Virus record (IMG/VR): IMGVR_UViG_3300020388_000023
Coordinates: 1 to 53,859 of that record
From: a virus
Lineage: Duplodnaviria; Caudoviricetes
Length of the DNA stretch: 53,859 nt
Strand: one strand, 5' to 3'
Shown: positions 47,088 through 53,859 of the stretch, piece by piece
Numbering within the stretch: position 1 is the stretch's first letter
How the letters are laid out: each line of letters opens with the position of its first letter
The notes under the pieces: generated by a model
Told to the model about the DNA's origin: nothing
Database searches by the model: none
Seen by the model: the letters and a program-made list of their open reading frames with translations, nothing else
Translations under genes and position numbers: made by a program

Positions 47088-47750
47088 TTACATAGCCTGT
47101 AAACGTTCAAATACATCATCAATAGCTTCATGACGATGGTTATCTAATAAAATTCTTTTGTAAACATAATCAGAAGCCGCAATTTTAGATACATCATGGA
47201 TTGCTGAGTAGTTGTTGTCTTTTAAATCAATTTGTTGATTATCACCACAAAATATCATAGTTGAATTTTTTCCTAATCTCCCTAAAGCCATTCTTAATTG
47301 TGAACGAGTTAAATTTTGGAATTCATCTACAATAACGACACAATTTTCAAATGTACGGCCTCTAAAGTGTGCTAATGAAACTAATTCAATAGATTCTTCT
47401 TTTTCCATACGTTCTAATGCTTCAGGTTTATTATATATCTTTCGCATATTTGAACGAATAGGAACGAGCCAGGGCTCCATCTTTTCCTTTTCTGACCCTG
47501 GTAAAAATCCATTATCCTCAGTGGATACCGTGGGTCTTGTTATGATGATCTTGTTAGTCATTCGTTTAAAAAACATGTCTAAAGCTACTTGACAAGCTAA
47601 CAATGTTTTACCACTACCTGCCTTTCCAACTATAAAGTTGTATGGATGGTGGAAAATTGCTTGTTTTGCTGCTTTTTGTTCTTCTGAAAGTGATAATGAA
47701 AATTTAATTGAACCCTTTGGTGGGGTTTTTTCAATGTTTGATTTAGCCAT
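47088..47750 (-). CDS. phoH: PhoH-like ATPase
   Basis: GKAGSGKT, ITRP, GFLPG, RGRTF, VDEFQN, RLG, CGD..QID, HRH. Start revised to ATG at 47750 because the promoter motif lies at 47769-47776. Confidence 0.93.
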   Translation of the reverse strand: MAKSNIEKTPPKGSIKFSLSLSEEQKAAKQAIFHHPYNFIVGKAGSGKTLLACQVALDMFFKRMTNKIIITRPTVSTEDNGFLPGSEKEKMEPWLVPIRSNMRKIYNKPEALERMEKEESIELVSLAHFRGRTFENCVVIVDEFQNLTRSQLRMALGRLGKNSTMIFCGDNQQIDLKDNNYSAIHDVSKIAASDYVYKRILLDNHRHEAIDDVFERLQAM

Positions 47751-47776
47751 AAAATGTAACGTTTTGTTATACATAT

Positions 47777-47807
47777 AAAAAAAAGAGCCGCAAATGCGAC
47801 TCTTTTT
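47777..47807 (-). terminator. Intrinsic terminator after the major capsid gene
   Basis: Minus strand GAGTCGC-ATTT-GCGGCTC-TTTTTTTT. Confidence 0.85.
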
Positions 47808-47828
47808 AAAATAGATATAAATGTAATA

Positions 47829-49502
47829 TTATACTACATCTAAATCACGAACTACAATCTTACCATAGAAATCAGGACGAACCATTTTCTTAGCGTAACG
47901 AGTCATGATTCCTTTACGTGGAGTAAATGAAGCAGGATCATACACAAGAGGTGTCATAATTAATGGAATATATGGAGCAAATACAGCACCAGTTTCAAGG
48001 AATTGAGATCCTTTATAACCCATCAAAATAACATTTTCAGTTAAGTAAGGGTTTTTGTAAACTGTGTAACGTGAATTAATTGCACCAATCTTTTGAACAC
48101 CCATAGCGTACTTGTCAGCGTCTCCAGCTGAGTCAGCAGCAAATCCTGGGATTGATTCAAGAATAGTAGAAATTTTAGGCGATACTACCATAAAATTAGC
48201 CCCACCACGAAGAGTTTTCTGGTGAATTTCATTACTAACTTTTTGTAATTTAACTCCTAATGTTTGGAACCAGGACATTTTAGTGTAGTATAATCCTGTT
48301 CCAGATTCATCGATTGTAACACCTGAATCATTTACTTCACGAGCAACTTTAGCACTCCAAGCAGAAGTAGTATCCGCGTTACGAATTAACATGTCTAAAA
48401 TTTCAAGGTCAATTTCCATTGAAATGTATTCACTTAAGATAGACGTCAATTCAGCTTCTGCTTCAATTGAATGATAAGCATTCAAGTCTTGAGCAAATTC
48501 TGGTGTCCATTGAGCCTTTAACTTACGTGTTTTGGCAGCAACAGTGTCACTTCTTAATTGAACATTAATTTCAGGAATTGCTAATGATGAATTAGCGGTA
48601 CCTGAGGATGCTGAGCTTCCATTTTTACCTTCTTCAAAGTCGCCTCTATCATCTAAGTTATCTGGTCCTTTTTGATAAGTAACGGTAACATCACCTACTG
48701 AAGTATCAGCAGCTGTTAATTCTACAACAAATTCTACATTACTACCATTAATTCTAGTAAATTTCGGGTAGAAAGCTGCAACATTAGCTGAACCTGCAAA
48801 TTGGAATGCTTTAACTGAATCAGGATCATGATCTACTAATTTTGCTGTTGGGAATTTAATTGTAACAATTTTATCACCCTCAGCATCAGTTGAACCAAAT
48901 CCTTTAGAGAAATTTGAAGATGAAAATTCAGTATCACTATTTAAAATACCTGCAAATGCTGCAGATGCTGATACTACTTCAACACCACTGTTTATTCCCT
49001 GAGCTTCTACAGAAGAAGTAGTATTAATAGAATATCCATATTGACCTGCACCGTAAAGACCTTGGTTAAGAGCTGGTTCAGTTTTAGTTAAATCATCAGT
49101 AGCACCATAAAGGGATTCTCCAACTGCTTTTCCACCTTGAGCGGATCCATATTGAAAGTCAAGATAGAAAATTAAACCTGCTGGTAAGTTCATTGGTTGA
49201 ACTGATACTAAATCTTTAGCAACAATTTCACCAAATACTCTACGTACTAACGGAAGAGCAACTCCTGCCCATGCTTCTGAATTAGCACCATTAGTAACAG
49301 ACATACCTGTTCCAGTAGAGTTTGCTTCGTTTACAAGCTGTTTAGCTTGATTTTCTAACAACATTGCCATGTTGTTTGCTTCGGTTGAAGACTGAATGCC
49401 TTCTAACAAGCCTGACTTTTCCCACTTAGACGAAAGCTTTGCAGCTTCGTTTTGTTGAGATTGGTAAGGACTTGCACCTTCTAATAAATTATTTACGTTC
49501 AT
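47829..49502 (-). CDS. Major capsid protein (T4 gp23-like)
   Basis: LLENQ, LPLVRRVF, VSVQPM..P.GLIF, AKTRKLKAQWTPE.AQDL.AYH, EIDLEI, APYIPL, PRKGIMTRY. Confidence 0.96.
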   Translation of the reverse strand: MNVNNLLEGASPYQSQQNEAAKLSSKWEKSGLLEGIQSSTEANNMAMLLENQAKQLVNEANSTGTGMSVTNGANSEAWAGVALPLVRRVFGEIVAKDLVSVQPMNLPAGLIFYLDFQYGSAQGGKAVGESLYGATDDLTKTEPALNQGLYGAGQYGYSINTTSSVEAQGINSGVEVVSASAAFAGILNSDTEFSSSNFSKGFGSTDAEGDKIVTIKFPTAKLVDHDPDSVKAFQFAGSANVAAFYPKFTRINGSNVEFVVELTAADTSVGDVTVTYQKGPDNLDDRGDFEEGKNGSSASSGTANSSLAIPEINVQLRSDTVAAKTRKLKAQWTPEFAQDLNAYHSIEAEAELTSILSEYISMEIDLEILDMLIRNADTTSAWSAKVAREVNDSGVTIDESGTGLYYTKMSWFQTLGVKLQKVSNEIHQKTLRGGANFMVVSPKISTILESIPGFAADSAGDADKYAMGVQKIGAINSRYTVYKNPYLTENVILMGYKGSQFLETGAVFAPYIPLIMTPLVYDPASFTPRKGIMTRYAKKMVRPDFYGKIVVRDLDVV

Positions 49503-49519
49503 TTTGTAAAAATTTTAAA

Positions 49520-50518
49520 TTATTGATTAATTTTAATGTTTGCCAATTTTTGGAAACGTGTCATCATATCATTAGATTCTGAAATTACAGCTTTTTTAGC
49601 AGCAGTAGATTTACCTGCTGGTTTTGAAGCCATTCCTAAACCTTCTTTGATTGATGATTTTTTAGTTTGTTTATTACCTTTAGAGATATTAAACGTGTCT
49701 TTAATTGTTTCGTAAATTAACTTAGCTTCTTTAGCTGTACCTGCTTTATCAAGTGACTCAACTACACGTAGTTTTTGTGACTCATTAAGTTGGTTTGCTT
49801 TGAAGATACGGTTAACGTACAACAATTTAGAATTTAATAGATTAACTTCGTTAAGTTCAGCGCGAACAGTAGTTAAAGCTTTGTTAGTTTCCTCTAATTC
49901 TTCTTTAGCTTCATCAAGTTCAGCTTGAAGTGGGTTAACTGACTCCTCCATTTCTTTGTCGTCGTCGTCTTTTTTAGCTTCTTCTAGTTCTTCGTCTTTA
50001 GACTCCTCCATCTTTTTATCGTCGTCGTCATCTTTAGCTTCATCTAGTCCATCTAGTTCTTCAAGAAGTGCATCAAGATCAAAGCCTTCTTCAAGTTCTT
50101 CATCTTTTACTTCTTCAAGTTCTTCGTTGTTACTTTCAGCGATTTCTTCTTCACCTTCAGCAACTGGTTCTTCTGAAACTGTTTCACCTTCTTCTAATTC
50201 TAATTCTGCAAGAATTTCTTCCAAATCGATTTCTTCTTCCATAGATCCAACATTATATCCTTCATCATCTGGGTCGTCTTCGCCATATTTCATCATTTCA
50301 TCAAATGAAGCTTCTTCGATAGCAGTTTCTTCAACAGATTCGTTGGTTTCTTCTTCTTCGTTTAAATCTTCATCTAATTCTTCTGATAATTTAGCAGATA
50401 ACATAGATTGTAATTTAGGAGTAAATGCTTCCTCTAGGGCAGCTTTGGCGTTTGCAAGAGCAACTTCACGAACAGCTTTAGCGTCGGCGATAGCTTCTTT
50501 TAAAATGTCTTTTGCCAT
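49520..50518 (-). CDS. Prohead core / scaffolding protein
   Basis: Very acidic coiled coil with many LxE sites; LNEVNLLNSKLLY; C-terminal RFQKLA; directly upstream of the major capsid gene. Confidence 0.8.
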   Translation of the reverse strand: MAKDILKEAIADAKAVREVALANAKAALEEAFTPKLQSMLSAKLSEELDEDLNEEEETNESVEETAIEEASFDEMMKYGEDDPDDEGYNVGSMEEEIDLEEILAELELEEGETVSEEPVAEGEEEIAESNNEELEEVKDEELEEGFDLDALLEELDGLDEAKDDDDDKKMEESKDEELEEAKKDDDDKEMEESVNPLQAELDEAKEELEETNKALTTVRAELNEVNLLNSKLLYVNRIFKANQLNESQKLRVVESLDKAGTAKEAKLIYETIKDTFNISKGNKQTKKSSIKEGLGMASKPAGKSTAAKKAVISESNDMMTRFQKLANIKINQ

Positions 50519-50569
50519 TTTTTACTTGTTTTTTCTCTTTCGAGTCTCGTTTATAAATTGTACGGGAAA

Positions 50570-50634
50570 TAAGGTTATTAGGAACCTTAATAGATTGTTT
50601 TTAAAAATCAGGGACGTCTTATTAGGAAGATCGT
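50570..50634 (-). promoter_or_regulatory. Twin hairpins with identical loops in the 5' leader of the scaffold/capsid operon
   Basis: Plus strand taaggtt-ATTAGG-aacctta (50570-50589) and acgtctt-ATTAGG-aagatcgt (50614-50634). Confidence 0.55.
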
Positions 50635-50646
50635 ATGTTAACACAC

Positions 50647-50672
50647 ATACATATAATAAGATGTCTAAAACC
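50647..50672 (-). promoter_or_regulatory. Phage late-type promoter for the scaffold/capsid operon
   Basis: Minus strand GGTTT-N12-TATATGTAT. Confidence 0.6.
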
Positions 50673-50696
50673 AAAAAAGGCGCCAAAAGGCGCCTT
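50673..50696 (-). terminator. Intrinsic terminator after the OMP/membrane-protein pair
   Basis: Minus strand AAGGCGCC-TTTT-GGCGCCTT-TTTT. Confidence 0.8.
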
Positions 50697-50718
50697 AATT
50701 GATATTAAAATTTAATTC

Positions 50719-50952
50719 TTACTTTTTTCCACCAGGAGCAAAGAAAGAACATACTAGTACCAAAACTACTAAACCTACAAATCCGCCTTGACCGAAGCCA
50801 GAAACTAGAGATGTTAAGTTTGCAATTACATCAATACCAAATACAGACGTACCTGTAAGTACATACCATAAAATTGATACTGGAATCAATGCTAAAAATA
50901 ATTTTCCTAGTCCACCTAAGAAATCATTTACTAAACTGAATACTTTTTCCAT
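50719..50952 (-). CDS. Small integral membrane protein
   Basis: 77 aa, two or three hydrophobic segments, basic C-terminus. Confidence 0.7.
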   Translation of the reverse strand: MEKVFSLVNDFLGGLGKLFLALIPVSILWYVLTGTSVFGIDVIANLTSLVSGFGQGGFVGLVVLVLVCSFFAPGGKK

Positions 50953-50982
50953 TTTTTTAGATTTAATTGATTAATAATTAGT

Positions 50983-51393
50983 TTAAAATTTAAGACCTAC
51001 ACCTAATCCAAGATTAGTTGTCTTAGTACCTGTGTTGTACACCAAACGTGGGTCAACATAAACATTCCCTGAAAAAGAAAACATCTTACCTACACCAAGA
51101 TCCATTTGTTCTGTATCTAGTCCTAAATTAGAACCAAGGTAAACAAAATAACCATTTACAAAGTAACGTGCGTGAATATCTATTTCTAGATCACCATCTA
51201 CTTCTTGATTAGCGGCTGCGCCAACCATTAGGTTATCAGTTAAACCATACCCTATTGTAGGGGTTACAGACCATTCCATCCATGGTTTGTTTGCAATATC
51301 GCCAGTACCTACGTACCAGTCACCTTTTTCCTGTGCGTTTACTCCAGCTACCATAAGCAGTCCTAAAGCTAAACTTGAAATCATTTTTCTCAT
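50983..51393 (-). CDS. Small outer-membrane beta-barrel protein with a Sec signal peptide
   Basis: MRK + hydrophobic core + VNA|QEKG; alternating amphipathic strands; C-terminal GLGVGLKF (terminal Phe beta-signal). Confidence 0.8.
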   Translation of the reverse strand: MRKMISSLALGLLMVAGVNAQEKGDWYVGTGDIANKPWMEWSVTPTIGYGLTDNLMVGAAANQEVDGDLEIDIHARYFVNGYFVYLGSNLGLDTEQMDLGVGKMFSFSGNVYVDPRLVYNTGTKTTNLGLGVGLKF

Positions 51394-51572
51394 AATTCTT
51401 GTTTTCGTTAATACTAATTTAATTGTGAAAAATAAAAGAGATAGGAATTGTCCCTTTTATGCTGTGTATGTGATTGAATATCTCATAATTTTATATTTGT
51501 CATAACCTTTTTTCTTGTTCGACATACGTACAACAAGATTTTATAAAAACCAAATTTTTTGTGGATTGTTTT

Positions 51573-52187
51573 TTAACACTTGCAAACTCCCGTGTTATCA
51601 CATATGATATCGCGGATAATAGTGTTTACATTGTTGTATTGATATGTTGACTTTTCAACGCCTTCTTGCAATGCTCTACCTTTTGGCGTCATAAACGCAC
51701 CTTGTGTAGATGGTGTGGATACAAAGTCCCAACATAATAATTCAAAGTCATCTTGAACTTCAACGGTACCTTCATTGACATTGTCTTTTACCGAACCCAT
51801 ACCACGAGATGAAATACCAACGGTAATTCCGTTTCTAAACAGTTCTTTTAGTATGTTACCTGCGGGCGTTGACAATATTTCTACTTCACCCATAACATCA
51901 TCACCATCCCAATATACTTTAGTAATGTTGTGTGATACGTTTTGTAAATTTATTACAGATGATTCAGGGTGATCTAATTCACCTAATGCACGACTTTCTC
52001 TAACAGGACCATTTACATAATTTTCGATTTCTCTTTCTAAAATTTCTCTAGGATAAATACGACCATTTTGGTTTTTAGCTTCTGCACGTTGGATAACGCC
52101 AGTAACTACTAATGGTGAATTTTTACTAATAGATTCTTCTATTATTTTTCTATCTACTGTAAATGGTATGTGTTCTGTTAATAGCAT
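51573..52187 (-). CDS. Prohead protease (T4 gp21-like)
   Basis: NQNGRIYP, ALGELDHP, VSH.I, TPAG, GISSRGMGS, DFVSTPS. Confidence 0.95.
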   Translation of the reverse strand: MLLTEHIPFTVDRKIIEESISKNSPLVVTGVIQRAEAKNQNGRIYPREILEREIENYVNGPVRESRALGELDHPESSVINLQNVSHNITKVYWDGDDVMGEVEILSTPAGNILKELFRNGITVGISSRGMGSVKDNVNEGTVEVQDDFELLCWDFVSTPSTQGAFMTPKGRALQEGVEKSTYQYNNVNTIIRDIICDNTGVCKC

Positions 52188-52191
52188 AGTT

Positions 52192-52746
52192 TTAGTTTGA
52201 AAATTCTCTTAGTTTGTTTTCTAAATGTTTTAGTCGAGCACCTAATTCGTGTATTTGTTTATTAGTTGATTTTAAAAAAGTACCTGAATTCATATCTAAT
52301 TCTGTTTTTAAGCGAAAATTATGTGCTACAATTCTTTCTATTTCTTTAATCATTTTGTTAACTTGTCTAATACCTCGAGCTATTTTTTGGCGAGGTGAAG
52401 ATTCAGTGTTACGTTTAAAATCACCGTATGAAACTTCGTTTAGGTCGTTTTTTCTTTTTTTCTTAAATGCGTTTGGTGTAGCGTATCCTTCTCCTGCTCC
52501 TGCGTTAAATGAAGCACCTGTGCCTGTTGTACTCATTTCATCTAAACCATCAAACTCTCTTTGCTTAAGAGCCGCCATAATAGCATAAACAGCATCTTGT
52601 TCCCCGTACCCATATTTTTGAGCCATCGCAGCTATAAATTTATTTAATGCTTTAGACACTTCGGGGTTTAGAGATTCAGATAAATTAGATTCGTCTAATT
52701 GTCTTTGTTTGGATTGCCAATCGTGTATGTTAAATGGTTTACTCAT
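52192..52746 (-). CDS. Hypothetical prohead/internal head protein
   Basis: LDEMSTT, YATPNAF, LNEVSY; upstream of the protease gene. Confidence 0.55.
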   Translation of the reverse strand: MSKPFNIHDWQSKQRQLDESNLSESLNPEVSKALNKFIAAMAQKYGYGEQDAVYAIMAALKQREFDGLDEMSTTGTGASFNAGAGEGYATPNAFKKKRKNDLNEVSYGDFKRNTESSPRQKIARGIRQVNKMIKEIERIVAHNFRLKTELDMNSGTFLKSTNKQIHELGARLKHLENKLREFSN

Positions 52747-53033
52747 GATTTTCTTCTTTTGTATCGAGAAAATTTATTTCTCAAATTTTTAGCCATTATT
52801 AAAAGCTCTCTTGCTTCTGGGTCTTTTTGTTGTGCTACTAAATCTTGTAATCGTTTAACAGCTTCATCTATTTCTTTGTAAGTACGATCAAAGTCTGTTT
52901 TATAATCTACGTCCCAACTTATTTGACCTGTTTCTGGGTTGGTACCCGTTTGTTTAGTTGTAAAATCTTGGTCTTCAGTTAAGCGAATAAAAGTAGATTC
53001 TTTAACATTATATATGTCTTTTAAACTAACCAT
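52743..53033 (-). CDS. Hypothetical protein (head region)
   Basis: 96 aa, NPETGQISWDV; overlaps both neighbours. Confidence 0.6.
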   Translation of the reverse strand: MVSLKDIYNVKESTFIRLTEDQDFTTKQTGTNPETGQISWDVDYKTDFDRTYKEIDEAVKRLQDLVAQQKDPEARELLIMAKNLRNKFSRYKRRKS

Positions 53034-53859
53034 GAATTGATTTGAGTTCGTTTACTAATTCATAATAATTAAGTAAATTACTAACATTATCATCATGTAC
53101 AGAAGATTTTTTGCAAAGAGGTTTAATTAAATTTTGGGCCTCATTAATTTTAATTTTAACAACTTGATCTGTAACTGTATTTGAGTATTTGGTTAGTTGT
53201 TTTTTAACGTCTTTAATTTCTGAATTGATGTAAGTTTTTAAAGCTGGGCTATTACTAACAGCATTAACATATTCTTGAAGTAAAGTTTTTTGATTTTCTC
53301 CTAAACCTTTATACTTTTCATTAAATTTTTCAAGTAATATTTTTTGTGTAAGTAGACGTGTATTTTTATCTTCGTGGTTATATGTTTCCATTACAACATT
53401 CTTTTTAACTTTTTCACTTGGTGTTGTTAAATGTTCAATTAATTGAACTTTAGAATCTACGATTGATAAAGGGGTAGCATCTTTATTTTCCGTAAGGTTA
53501 TAAATAGATGCCATTGTTTTATAATTAGTAATTTTAGCTTTAAAAAAATCGTTAAGGTCATATGTTGACTTTAATTCTTTAATTAAATTATATTTTTCAC
53601 GTCTTAATCGAGAACGATTTAATTTGTTATGTGCTTCTATAAGAGTATTAACTAATATAGTAGCTTTGTTTTCGTCCTGATATGATTTAGTAGAGAGGGC
53701 ATTGTATATTTTATATTCTTTAAGTAATTCCGACTTAGAGTTAAAATATTTTTTGAGGATTGACAAGGCCTTATTATTCCCACCTGAAATAGTGTCGGAG
53801 GTTATCTGCCTTGTTAATAATTCAAACAGTATCCCAGTATTTTTGTACTTAGAGTGTTT
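53026..53859 (-). CDS. Hypothetical head-region protein, 5'-truncated by the window edge
   Basis: The frame stays open upstream of 53766 to the window end: KHSKYKNTGILFELLTRQITSDTISGGNNKALSILKKYF. Confidence 0.75.
   Translation of the reverse strand, partial: KHSKYKNTGILFELLTRQITSDTISGGNNKALSILKKYFNSKSELLKEYKIYNALSTKSYQDENKATILVNTLIEAHNKLNRSRLRREKYNLIKELKSTYDLNDFFKAKITNYKTMASIYNLTENKDATPLSIVDSKVQLIEHLTTPSEKVKKNVVMETYNHEDKNTRLLTQKILLEKFNEKYKGLGENQKTLLQEYVNAVSNSPALKTYINSEIKDVKKQLTKYSNTVTDQVVKIKINEAQNLIKPLCKKSSVHDDNVSNLLNYYELVNELKSIHG

Noticed and set aside
49940-50050. Short tandem duplication in the scaffold gene (EAKDDDDDKKMEES / EAKKDDDDKEMEES)
   Set aside because: Real, but an ordinary low-complexity expansion in an acidic scaffold linker
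49956-50702. 248-aa Ser-rich plus-strand ORF
   Set aside because: Antisense shadow of the Glu/Asp-rich scaffold gene (GAA/GAT codons read as Ser on the other strand); it also runs through leader and terminator elements
50719-50952. Calling the 77-aa membrane protein a holin
   Set aside because: The size fits, but there is no adjacent endolysin or spanin and no family motif was recognised; left as a generic membrane protein
1410-52881. About 40 short plus-strand ORFs in the track (e.g. 5228-5611, 31166-31672, 38069-38479, 52214-52588)
   Set aside because: All overlap well-supported minus-strand genes in antisense, have no recognisable motifs, and mostly use alternative starts
1-53859. Stop-codon reassignment, as seen in some Bacteroidota phages
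   Set aside because: Genes are full length in the standard code, and TAA, TAG (e.g. 6765, 17566, 53026) and TGA (21727, 52743) all end genes at sensible positions

Overview
A 53.9-kb, AT-rich segment of a large T4-like (contractile-tailed) dsDNA phage genome. Every credible gene is on the minus strand, and many are coupled by TAATG/ATGA overlaps. Several features point to a Bacteroidota (flavobacteria-like) host: a signal peptide followed by Gln on a phage-encoded outer-membrane beta-barrel, A-rich translation starts without Shine-Dalgarno sequences, and TTGG-N19-TAnnTT promoters. Reading right to left (the direction of transcription), the window contains head genes (prohead protease, an inserted OMP plus membrane-protein pair, scaffold, major capsid protein) and phoH. 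These are followed by about 20 kb of fibre/decoration and neck genes (gp13/14/15-like), which include a GAMT/Rmt2-like methyltransferase. Next come the tail sheath, tube, a chaperone pair joined by a likely +1/-2 frameshift, the tape measure protein and the baseplate genes. The replication block has an unusual thumb-less PolA-like protein, SSB, RecA/UvsX, 5'-3' exonuclease, DnaB-like helicase and nrdB/nrdA, then an acyl-CoA thioesterase. The left end holds a 7-deazaguanine DNA-modification cluster (queD, dpdA-like, a membrane-anchored nuclease, queC, partial queE), and all three Que enzymes have non-canonical metal-binding motifs. No tRNA, rRNA, CRISPR array or mobile element was seen. All calls come from motif recognition by eye; no database searches were run.
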